A stretch of DNA of 64,000 bases, taken from NCBI GenBank assembly GCA_964343575.1, contig CAYFJV010000002.1, positions 133,585 through 197,584 of the forward strand, given 5' to 3'. The translations under genes were made by a program, and so were the position numbers. Every line of letters begins with the position of its first letter. Within the stretch, counting starts at the first letter, position 1. This DNA comes from an uncultured Methanosarcinales archaeon (GTDB lineage: Archaea > Nanobdellota > Nanobdellia > Woesearchaeales > GW2011-AR9). Below the pieces are notes generated by a model. That model saw nothing but the letters and a program-made list of their open reading frames with translations. It had not been told where the DNA came from and did no database searches. Below are positions 20,462 to 29,096 of this stretch, piece after piece.

Positions 20462-20975
20462 AGTCCTCCTCTCCAAACTCTTCCCAAAATTCAAGATCTT
20501 CATCTTCTTCAAACTCGGCTTCTCCTAGTCTGCTGTACTCTACGAAAGCAAAAGTTTCTTGATATTCTTCGTCAATCTCTATTACTGCCTCAATGATCTC
20601 TTCGTAACAACGTTCTGCTTGGATCTTTGTTTCATAGAAACAACCTTCTTCTTTGTAAAGGACAATAAAATCTTCTCCTTCTTCTTCAATTTCGTAGTTT
20701 TCTTCCTCTGCAAAAGAATAGAAATCTTCTAGATCTTCAAAGTCGTAGTTTTTGAAATGAGAAAACTCTTCTAGGGTGAAACTATGAAATTCAATGTCGG
20801 TATGTTCTAGAGGTAGGAGCCCAAGCGCATCAAACTCGTCATCGTCCAAATAAATCTGCTCTTGGCCAACTAGGATGCCGGTGAAAACAGTTCCAGCCAA
20901 GGCCCCTATCAGAAGGAGACAAATCCCTGCAAGAAGAATGCTGAGCAGCTTGAACTTTTCCATGGTCTTTTTCAT
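20454..20975 (-). CDS. acidic exported/membrane-anchored protein
   Basis: N-terminal hydrophobic helix, Glu-rich body; overlaps the next start codon. Confidence 0.7.
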   Translation of the reverse strand: MKKTMEKFKLLSILLAGICLLLIGALAGTVFTGILVGQEQIYLDDDEFDALGLLPLEHTDIEFHSFTLEEFSHFKNYDFEDLEDFYSFAEEENYEIEEEGEDFIVLYKEEGCFYETKIQAERCYEEIIEAVIEIDEEYQETFAFVEYSRLGEAEFEEDEDLEFWEEFGEEDYE

Positions 20976-21116
20976 TGTATTTTTCTTTATTAATTATTTG
21001 CTTGTTTGTCTTGTTTTTAGTAAAAGGGGGCACCAAGAGTATTTTTTGCTGTTCAAGTAATTTCCTGGCGCCCAAAGAGGTTGTGGGGAAGATAAAAAAT
21101 AAAAAATTAGTTAGGA

Positions 21117-22124
21117 CTATTCATCATCTTCATCCTCTAGCTCATCGCTCTCTTCTCTATCTTCTTCTTCATCGTCCTCATCTTTCTCGTCGTCTTCGTA
21201 GTCACCAAACTCTTCATCATCTAGGTCGTCGTAGTCTTCTTCTTCCCAATCGTCACCCCAATCATCGTATTCTTCCCAGTCATAATCGATATCTCCAAAG
21301 AGTTCTTCTTCGATCTCCTCTGCTTGCACAAAGAGATCTCCTGCAATTTGTTCTTCTAGCTCAATGTATTGTGCATCAAGTTCCTGAAGCTCTTGCACTA
21401 GTGCGACTACTTCTTTTTCATTGCTTTCTGGATTTTCCATTTCTAGAAGTTGGAAGAAAATTTCATCCATTTGCTCATCAAGACCCCAGAAAAGGTGGTC
21501 GCTGTTCTCAAAAGCAATGTCAATTTGCATATCAACTGCTTCAAGTTGGCTGATGAGTTCTTGCACCTGTAGATCATCTACATCGATGCCTTCTGCAGCT
21601 AACCATGCTTCGTAGCTTTCATAGTCGTCTTCGTACTCGTCATAATCTTCAAGATCTTCCCAAGTATCATCATCATAGAGCTCTTCTAGGTCTTCGTACT
21701 GTTTTTCCATACCTGTATCTTGGTCTAGCTTGTCGTATTCGTCTTCTACAGCGTCAATCTCTTCCCAAACGGTTTCTGCTGTAACATAGTCTCCTGCTTT
21801 TTCTGCAGCACTTAGCTTTCCGTAGAGCGCATCTAGTTTTGCTTCGATAGCATCGTAACTTTCTTGATTGTCTTGGTAGATCATTTCTACTTGATTGAAG
21901 ATCTTTTCTTCTTGAGCAAAGAGCTTAGCAAAGGACGCAAAAAATCCGTTTTTTTCTTCTTCTAGCTCTTGTGTTTGTTCTAGTAGAGGATTGCTTTGTT
22001 GATCTGCTGCAACTGCTGCCCCAATTCCCATAGAACTTATTGCTAGAGCACCAAGCCCTACTGCCATTACTTTTTTCATTTTATTTGTTCTTTTGCTTCT
22101 TTTTCCAATTTTTCTTGTTTTCAT
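21117..22124 (-). CDS. extremely acidic secreted coiled-coil protein
   Basis: GGAGG SD; signal peptide ending AVA-AD; Asp/Glu/Tyr/Trp-rich tracts. Confidence 0.75.
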   Translation of the reverse strand: MKTRKIGKRSKRTNKMKKVMAVGLGALAISSMGIGAAVAADQQSNPLLEQTQELEEEKNGFFASFAKLFAQEEKIFNQVEMIYQDNQESYDAIEAKLDALYGKLSAAEKAGDYVTAETVWEEIDAVEDEYDKLDQDTGMEKQYEDLEELYDDDTWEDLEDYDEYEDDYESYEAWLAAEGIDVDDLQVQELISQLEAVDMQIDIAFENSDHLFWGLDEQMDEIFFQLLEMENPESNEKEVVALVQELQELDAQYIELEEQIAGDLFVQAEEIEEELFGDIDYDWEEYDDWGDDWEEEDYDDLDDEEFGDYEDDEKDEDDEEEDREESDELEDEDDE

Positions 22125-22332
22125 TTTTTCCTCCAAAATTTGCGTTTTTGTTTTGTTTCTTGGCTCTTTGTCCTTTGAAACAAGCAAATTCATGAGATTT
22201 AGAAAGATGAAACAATAGAACTAGTTTGGGTGGAATGCATTCCACTCGACTGAGAGAACGTTAAGTGCACTCTCCTTTTCAGCCTTTTGAGGAAGGCTAA
22301 CCAAATAAGAAAAAAAATAAAAAAAGAATTCT

Positions 22333-23055
22333 CTAACAGACTCCGTCAGCATCTATGTAAAAACTTCCTCCATTGGTAATACAAACAGCCCCAGCAACAC
22401 CTGTTGTATCTGGTAGGGAGGTAGGTAATCCATCGAAGACAAAAGATTCTCCACAGATTTTTAGTTGATCCTCTTCTGTACTTTCGCAAGGATCTGTAAA
22501 TGTTGAATCTAGTCCAATCACAAAGGATCTATCGTCCAGGGCATTTGTTTGGTAACCCATGGCTGTTGAAAATTCTCCTTCTGCGCTATTGTAACCTCCC
22601 AATGCAACTGAACCATGTTCGCTTGCTTTAACGCTATCTCCTACAGCAGTAGAACCTTCTCCACTTGCGATTGCAGCATCTCCTGCTGCGAAAGAAGCAT
22701 GTCCACTTGCAGTAGAGTGATAGCCCATAGCTACAGAATAAGGATCACTTGCAATTGATAAGAGGCCTGTCGCAAAAGAGTAAGCTCCCCACGCTCCTGT
22801 GAGCTTGCCTACAGCAACACTGTGATCCCCCGAAGCAGTTGTTTCTTCACCTAAAGCTACAGAAAAATCTCCATCTGCTTTTGTGTTAAGCCCCAGAGAC
22901 AAGCCATGATCTCCATCTGCAGTTTCGCTTTGACTATCACCGGAAAAAAGAATCACTGAATGATATCCATTTCCTGTTCCAAAGGCAAGAGCCCCTGTTG
23001 CCAGAATAAGCAACAACACGACGCTTAGCCCAATTTTTCTATTTTTATTTCTCAT
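22333..23055 (-). CDS. secreted protein with YadA-head (Hep/Hag)-like repeats
   Basis: Signal peptide; about 9 14-aa repeats of type A-S-G-x-x-S-x-A-x-G. Confidence 0.8.
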   Translation of the reverse strand: MRNKNRKIGLSVVLLLILATGALAFGTGNGYHSVILFSGDSQSETADGDHGLSLGLNTKADGDFSVALGEETTASGDHSVAVGKLTGAWGAYSFATGLLSIASDPYSVAMGYHSTASGHASFAAGDAAIASGEGSTAVGDSVKASEHGSVALGGYNSAEGEFSTAMGYQTNALDDRSFVIGLDSTFTDPCESTEEDQLKICGESFVFDGLPTSLPDTTGVAGAVCITNGGSFYIDADGVC

Positions 23056-23184
23056 TTTTTAGTAATCTCTATCTTTTTACAGCGTTCCAAGAAGGTACTC
23101 TTTAGTATTTTTCCCGCACTTTTGTGACTGGGCTTTTCCTTAACAAAATACTTAAAAATTACTTTTTTTTCTTCCTTTTTGGTC

Positions 23185-24045
23185 TTAGAAATTAGTGAGT
23201 ACATTCACTCTCTTTTCCTTTCCAGGATTATGTGGCTGGCAGGTTTCATAGAAGTCACACTGTCCAGTTCTCCACTTACAGAGCGGCGTGATGTTTTTCT
23301 TGTAATCAAGTGGATCTTCGGTGAGTTCTGTGTGGGCGTGAATCTGTTCAATTTCAAACTTCACCTGTTCTACCATTTCCCTGGTGACGGAGATCATTTT
23401 GAGGGTGTCTCGCAAGAAAAATGCACCTACCTTCTCTGGCAATTTTCCGTGTTTTTCTTCATACATCATAGCATAGATAGAAAGTTGTCTTCTGATGCTT
23501 TCTTTGATCTCTGAACGTGAGTTTGTTTTGTAGTCTACAATGTGTACCTCTCCATTGGGAAGCATTCGAATAGCGTCAATAAATCCTCGAACGTGATGCG
23601 TTTTTGACTTGTATTCTTCTTCTCGAATTGGAGCGATGGCATTGAAAACTTCCTCAAAACTTTTCTTTGGATGTTCTTTGAGCTTGCTGTCTAGGCGTCT
23701 TAGAATGTGGTTATGCCAATTAAGAGTCATGACCATACTTTCTTCAAAGTAGAATTTGAGTTGGTCTGGACTCATGTCAAGTTTGCCAAGGCGATCGTTG
23801 TATTGGCCCCAATGGTGTAAAAGAAGTTTTTGGATTGCTTGGGTACATTTGATCTTGTAATTTTGCCTGTTAAGTGTGCTGGCATCAATGTCATAGAAAT
23901 CTTCTAGGGCGGAATGGACAATGTTTCCTCGAACAAGATGGATGGAATCTCCGGTGGGAAGTTTTGCAATGTACTGGTAGAAGTATTTTCTTTGACATTG
24001 CTTGAATGTGTTGATAGAAGATGGTGATTGTAACCTCTTTGCCAC
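23185..24045 (-). CDS. solo Cas4-like/RecB-family PD-(D/E)XK nuclease with 4-Cys cluster
   Basis: SPSSINTFKQC, GNIVH, GFIDAI, VDYKT, QLSIY, C-terminal CKW..CDF..C. Confidence 0.88.
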   Translation of the reverse strand: MAKRLQSPSSINTFKQCQRKYFYQYIAKLPTGDSIHLVRGNIVHSALEDFYDIDASTLNRQNYKIKCTQAIQKLLLHHWGQYNDRLGKLDMSPDQLKFYFEESMVMTLNWHNHILRRLDSKLKEHPKKSFEEVFNAIAPIREEEYKSKTHHVRGFIDAIRMLPNGEVHIVDYKTNSRSEIKESIRRQLSIYAMMYEEKHGKLPEKVGAFFLRDTLKMISVTREMVEQVKFEIEQIHAHTELTEDPLDYKKNITPLCKWRTGQCDFYETCQPHNPGKEKRVNVLTNF

Positions 24046-24235
24046 TGCTCTTTTCCTCTTTTTGTTTTTTACTCTTGTTCACTCTTTCTTGGATGATTTA
24101 AAAACACTTTGATCTTGGTTTATATGCTTTTTGAGTGCCTGTCTTGTGTGACTAGTGTTTACTTTTCGGACGAGTATGGTGTGGGGCGGTGTGGGGAAGA
24201 AGTTTTATAAAGGGGCCTTGGTCTGTATCTTTTAG

Positions 24236-24592
24236 ATGCCTCCACCAAAGAAAAAAGGAAAGGGAAAAGGGAAAGGAAGGGGAGCTGGTGAAGAACCAAC
24301 TGTTCTACGTGTTCGTATCCCAAAGGGAAAAGAAGTTCTTGGCATTGTTCAGCGCCGAGTTGGTGGGAGCAGAATGATTGTACAATGCCTTGACGGTAAG
24401 GAGCGCCTTTGTCGGATTCCTGGAAGTAAGCGTCGTGGCCTTTGGGTTCGTGAGAATGATATCATCATTGTTGAACCTTGGGAGCTTGGCGGAGATGCAA
24501 AGGGAGATGTAATTTACAAGTACCGAAGTTCTGCTGAGCGTATGTTTTTGAAGCGAAAAGGTTATCTTAAAAGCATTGAAGATGATTTTTAG
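24236..24592 (+). CDS. eif1a: translation initiation factor aIF-1A
   Basis: CLDGKERLCRIPG..LWVRENDIIIVEPW. Confidence 0.95.
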   Translation: MPPPKKKGKGKGKGRGAGEEPTVLRVRIPKGKEVLGIVQRRVGGSRMIVQCLDGKERLCRIPGSKRRGLWVRENDIIIVEPWELGGDAKGDVIYKYRSSAERMFLKRKGYLKSIEDDF

Positions 24593-24710
24593 GATCTTCA
24601 TTTTTATCTTTCTTGATCATTTCTTGGTATCCCCTTTTGAGCACTATCTCTTCTAAACAACATTTTTGATTAGAGAAATCCTTTAAAACCATTTTTGCTT
24701 GTTTTCTTTC

Positions 24711-25319
24711 ATGGCAATGAAACAATTACGATTAGTTATATCTGCACTCTTGAGCCTTTGGCTTATTGGAGTGCTTTTGGTAGAGGTGTTCTCTTTTTCT
24801 GAACCTTTATTTAGTTTGGAGTTATTTGGTGTGGTTGTACTCACTGTGCTGGTTGTCTTTGCACTTGCTTTATCTAGGGAAAGGGCAGGAAGTATATTGT
24901 TTTTATTCTTGTCTTTAGCGAGTTTTGCAAATGCACTTTTGCTTTGGGAGTACTTTGGGCTTGTGTACTGGTCTTTGTTGATAGCTTCTGGTCTTTTGCT
25001 CTTGCTTCATCTTCCAAGAATGAAGAGTTCACAAAGAAAAGTCGTGGCAGCTGATGCGGGTTTGAGTGTTGCGGCGCGAAGCTCAGCCCCAAGCCATAGT
25101 ATGGTAATGGATACAAAGTCGACCGAGAAATCTGCTGGGAAGGTAGGTGCTGGAAAGAATACTGGTGCTAAGAAGTATGTTGCAGGTAAGCGAGGGAAGT
25201 ATTATCATGCTGCAGGTTCAGAGTGGGCAGAAAAAGTTAAGCCAAAGAACGCTGTGTTTTTTTCTTCTAAAAAAGAAGCAGAAGCGGCAGGATATAAAGC
25301 CCATAAACTTGTGAAGTAG
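24711..25319 (+). CDS. membrane protein with C-terminal Ada metal-binding-like domain lacking Cys
   Basis: Four TMs; YVAGKRGKYYH...FSSKKEAEAAGYK. Confidence 0.7.
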   Translation: MAMKQLRLVISALLSLWLIGVLLVEVFSFSEPLFSLELFGVVVLTVLVVFALALSRERAGSILFLFLSLASFANALLLWEYFGLVYWSLLIASGLLLLLHLPRMKSSQRKVVAADAGLSVAARSSAPSHSMVMDTKSTEKSAGKVGAGKNTGAKKYVAGKRGKYYHAAGSEWAEKVKPKNAVFFSSKKEAEAAGYKAHKLVK

Positions 25320-25321
25320 AA

Positions 25322-25855
25322 TTATTTTTTTGTTCTAGTTTTTTTTCCTACTTTTCTCTTTGTACCTTCTTGTTTTTGTTTAGGGTCTTGCTCTTCCTCT
25401 TTGAAGATATCATAATCCTTCTTGAAAAACATGAAGACAATGAATAAGGCTACTGAAATACTAATACTTGCATCAGCCAGGTTAAAGTAGGGCCAAAAGC
25501 TGGCTCCGATAAAGTCGATGACGTATTGTCTGAAAAGGCGATCTATCATATTACCAATAGTTCCTGCTAAAAAAAGAGCAAGAGGGAGTTGCACACTGTT
25601 TTCTTTTGAGAATTTTGGGTAGAGTGCAATGATGACAAGCGCTGTGAGTAGTGAAAAAGCCCCAAGAAGAAGGGGGTTTCCTTTGAGGATGCCAAAGCCT
25701 GCTCCTGTGTTTTCTACATAAGAAATATGAAAGAAGAGGAAAGAGAGATTTGGTTGAATATTTTGAACGGCAACTTTGATGAGTTGATCGAGAAGAACAA
25801 GGAATGCCGTAAGTGTGGCAAAGAAAACAGTTTTTGTTGTTGCTTTTCTTACCAT
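25322..25855 (-). CDS. lspA: lipoprotein signal peptidase II
   Basis: DQLIK, NTGAGFG, GNMIDR, VIDFI, FNLAD. Confidence 0.92.
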   Translation of the reverse strand: MVRKATTKTVFFATLTAFLVLLDQLIKVAVQNIQPNLSFLFFHISYVENTGAGFGILKGNPLLLGAFSLLTALVIIALYPKFSKENSVQLPLALFLAGTIGNMIDRLFRQYVIDFIGASFWPYFNLADASISISVALFIVFMFFKKDYDIFKEEEQDPKQKQEGTKRKVGKKTRTKK

Positions 25856-25856
25856 T

Positions 25857-26276
25857 CTACCATAATCTTTGCTCGGGCTGTTTTTGCACACCAGCTACCT
25901 GTTCCAACCTTGCAGTGCGCTGGTCAAGAGATTGTAAAAGAGTTTTAATTGTATCAAGCTTGCTGTTGATAAGCTCAAGATCCCGGTTATTGATCTGTTG
26001 TTGCATGTATTGTTGCTGCCTTGTGTTTTGATTTTGTGTGGAGTTACTTGTCTGGCTTGGCTGAGCGAAGGGATCATTTGGGTTTAGGGTTGCACTTGGA
26101 TTAGTGGTTGATCCAAAAGGCGAACTTGTTTGTTTGAAAGGGTCGTTTTGACCAAAACTATCTGGAAGGCCTAAATTGTCTTTTGGAAGACCAGAATCTA
26201 AGGGATTTTTGTTTAGATCACTTCCAAAATCAAAATGGTCTTTTTTCCAAAAAAGAAGCTTGTTGAATATGCTCAT
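25857..26276 (-). CDS. hypothetical protein with C-terminal coiled coil
   Basis: DLELINSKLDTIKTLLQSLDQR; abuts lspA start. Confidence 0.7.
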   Translation of the reverse strand: MSIFNKLLFWKKDHFDFGSDLNKNPLDSGLPKDNLGLPDSFGQNDPFKQTSSPFGSTTNPSATLNPNDPFAQPSQTSNSTQNQNTRQQQYMQQQINNRDLELINSKLDTIKTLLQSLDQRTARLEQVAGVQKQPEQRLW

Positions 26277-26316
26277 GTAGGAGAAGGAGCATTTTTTGCT
26301 ATTAAAATCTTCTGTT

Positions 26317-27495
26317 TTAGCAGCTCCTTACTGTTCTTCTTACTGAGACCCCTTTTCTTTTTAGCTCATTTATGATCTTTTTTCCAAGTTGCTCGTTGAG
26401 CTGTTCTGTTGCAAGCACACCTTTTTGTTCTATCTCAAAAAAGTGTTGTATAAAGAGAGAAGTTGCAAGGGCTGTTGGATAGGTGATAAAGTTTGCTTTG
26501 AGTTTTAGTTTCTTGATCTCTTGTTCTTTTGGAAAGGTGATGAAATATCTCAATTTCTTCTTTTGTCCTTTCTTCTTACCTATGCAGTCTACTAGAAAAG
26601 CAAACTGCGCTTCTGGGAAAGGATTCTTTTTTTCTTTTGCTCTTTTTTCTTGATATTTGCTTATAATTTGTTCACAAAACTTTAAAGGAATCACTTTACT
26701 TTTTTCTAGCGTTATTTCTTCTTCTGAGAGAAAACCAAGAAGAAAAAGAGTATCTAGAAGTTCTCTTTGGCTATCAAAGTCTTGTATTGTAAAATGTTTC
26801 ATTTTGATATTTTTTGGAATGGTCATAGCTTCGTCTTGAGGGAGCGGTTTTACCCACTTTTTCCCAAAAGGCTTTGGAAAGATGAACTGGGTTGGTTTAG
26901 TGAGAATGGGGAGTAATTTGTGTTTTTTGTTTTTGAAGATAAGTGGCTCTGAGATTGCTTCATCTAGGGTTGCATTGACAGACCAAGAGAAGTAGGGGTC
27001 TTTTGATCTGCTATCCTCAACCAATGAGATGGTCATTTCATCTATTTTGTCAAAAAATGCGGCGCACTGCCCCGCAAAGAGATTGGTAAGTCCTGGTGAG
27101 ACTCCTGCGTTAATGAGAGCAAGAAGGTTTTCTTTTTCAAACCGTTTCTTAAAGTCCCATTGATCAATTTTGTATGGGATTTTTCTTTCAGGCGCCCACA
27201 TGTCAGAAGCAAGGTCAAGATAATTTGTTTTTGTTTTGTAGCAGGCATCCATTATTTTTTTGTTAAATGAGAAGTGTGCAGCGTTAACCACGAGATCTGC
27301 TTTTTGTTCTCTGAGTAAGTTAAGAAGATCTTTTTGTTTGGAAAGATTTAATTTTTTGAAAGAAACTTTTTTGCTTTTGAATTGTTCATTTTCTTTAATA
27401 TCACAAAAAAGAATTGATTGGATATTTTTTTCTTTTAAGAGAATTTTTCCAAGAACTCTTCCTACATGTCCTTGGCCAAGAATAATCAGTTTCAT
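26317..27495 (-). CDS. saccharopine dehydrogenase / carboxy(nor)spermidine synthase family oxidoreductase
   Basis: GQGHVG Rossmann, YLDLA, AGVSPGLTN, FSWS. Confidence 0.8.
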   Translation of the reverse strand: MKLIILGQGHVGRVLGKILLKEKNIQSILFCDIKENEQFKSKKVSFKKLNLSKQKDLLNLLREQKADLVVNAAHFSFNKKIMDACYKTKTNYLDLASDMWAPERKIPYKIDQWDFKKRFEKENLLALINAGVSPGLTNLFAGQCAAFFDKIDEMTISLVEDSRSKDPYFSWSVNATLDEAISEPLIFKNKKHKLLPILTKPTQFIFPKPFGKKWVKPLPQDEAMTIPKNIKMKHFTIQDFDSQRELLDTLFLLGFLSEEEITLEKSKVIPLKFCEQIISKYQEKRAKEKKNPFPEAQFAFLVDCIGKKKGQKKKLRYFITFPKEQEIKKLKLKANFITYPTALATSLFIQHFFEIEQKGVLATEQLNEQLGKKIINELKRKGVSVRRTVRSC

Positions 27496-27545
27496 ATTTT
27501 GCTTTTGAGAAGCATACTTGGCCCTTTATAGACCTTTCTTTCTTG

Positions 27546-28925
27546 CTAGCCCAGCTCTCTGATTTTTTGAAGAAGTTGTTCTGCTTTATTCGGTTTTTCT
27601 TTGATTGCAATAGGACTTGATCCCCCATGCCAAGTAAAGCGTGGGCGCATCTGCACTGGAAAGATGGTTTCATTACTATCATCAAAAACTACTGCTGCCC
27701 CTTTGACTCTTGGAAGGCCATTAATCTCTTGATCGAGACCTTTTCGCATATAACTTTGCATTAAATTCCCTAGGGCTTCAATATCCATTTTTGCTGTAAG
27801 TCTGTGTGCAATAACCGTATCACTTTGTGTCATCACATCCGTATGGATCTTTGCTGGTTGTTGGGTGACCAGCATCAGACTAATTCCTGGTTGTCTTCCT
27901 TCTCTAAGAATGGTAACTAGGGGTTCGGTTGCAGCGGTTTGTCCTTCTCGTGGAAGGAGCTCGTGCGCTTCATCAAGAGCGATCCAAACAAGTGGTTCTT
28001 GCATTTTTTCTTCTTTTTCTTTTGAAAAATAGTGCATGGCAGCATCAACCGATTTGTACTCTTCAGTTTTTCTGGCAAGCATGCGCTGCTGAAAAAGAGT
28101 TCTTGAAATAACTCCGGTCACAAGCGCTTTAATATCCCATCCAGAAGGCATGGTTGCGTAGGGACTCAAATCAAGCACAGTTACTTGTCCCCCCTGCACA
28201 ATCTCTTTAAGTGGGGTTGCTTGTTTAGAGAAAATTTTCCATCCTCTTACTTTTTCAAAAAGGTTGGTGACAATTCCTTTGGTTACTTGGCTGCTTTCTT
28301 GGTCAGCTTTGATGTAGTCAATCATTTCTTGGAGATCATAGCTGTGTTCTTTGCTTGCTCCAATTTTACTTTGGTCCTTTTGATCTTGAAAATGTTGTAC
28401 AGTTTTACTGATAAGCACCCCTTCGGCACTGTTGATATTTATCTTAAAAACATGGCACCAATCTTCGGCACTAATGTCTCTTGGCCTGAGTGTGAAAGGA
28501 AAATCGGTTGGAATGCCTTGTTCTTTGTATTGGTAGTAAAATCCTTCTGGGGTGTAAATTTTCACGTCAAGCCCATGGGGGTCAAGGCCCCAATCCTTAC
28601 ACATTTGACTTTCTTGCATGTTTGGATACTTCATGGTCCAGTAAATTCCCATGGTATCAAGTAAGATGATAGAAAGGTTTTGTTTAACTTCTGGCTCAAG
28701 ATCTGCCAAACCTTCGGCGATGGAACCCATGGTATAGGACTTTCCTGAACCTCGTTTTCCCACAATAAAGACCACGTGCGCTCCAGCGATGTCAAGGTAG
28801 ACGGGGTTAGAAAGAGAAGTGGTTTGCCCCATAGAAACGTATTGCTTAGCTATCATCACCGTTCCTTTCTTTCCGTACTTAGCAATGTCCTTCTTAGATC
28901 TACCAATAATGATATCAAAAGTCAT
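27546..28925 (-). CDS. HerA/FtsK-family ATPase
   Basis: GKRGSGKS, LDEAH, REGRQPG, TQQP. Confidence 0.9.
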   Translation of the reverse strand: MTFDIIIGRSKKDIAKYGKKGTVMIAKQYVSMGQTTSLSNPVYLDIAGAHVVFIVGKRGSGKSYTMGSIAEGLADLEPEVKQNLSIILLDTMGIYWTMKYPNMQESQMCKDWGLDPHGLDVKIYTPEGFYYQYKEQGIPTDFPFTLRPRDISAEDWCHVFKININSAEGVLISKTVQHFQDQKDQSKIGASKEHSYDLQEMIDYIKADQESSQVTKGIVTNLFEKVRGWKIFSKQATPLKEIVQGGQVTVLDLSPYATMPSGWDIKALVTGVISRTLFQQRMLARKTEEYKSVDAAMHYFSKEKEEKMQEPLVWIALDEAHELLPREGQTAATEPLVTILREGRQPGISLMLVTQQPAKIHTDVMTQSDTVIAHRLTAKMDIEALGNLMQSYMRKGLDQEINGLPRVKGAAVVFDDSNETIFPVQMRPRFTWHGGSSPIAIKEKPNKAEQLLQKIRELG

Positions 28926-28983
28926 TAATTTAGGGAAGAAGAAAAAAGAGAATAAAAATGTGTTGATTTCTAAAATGGATTTC

Positions 28984-29053
28984 ATACCCCGATGCTTTGC
29001 ATCGGATATCATTCTCCATTTTAGGACAAAAAATACCCCGGAGCTCTGCTCCG
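28984..29053. repeat. pair of covarying palindromes resembling IS200/IS605-type ends or REPs
   Basis: ATACCCCGATGCTTTGCATCG and ATACCCCGGAGCTCTGCTCCG. Confidence 0.6.
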
Positions 29054-29096
29054 ATGGGATTTTTTATTTATTGCTGTGCGGGTTTTTTCTCTTTGT

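Noticed and set aside
23055..24236. CRISPR array near the Cas4-like gene
   Set aside because: No regularly spaced direct repeats seen here or elsewhere in the window
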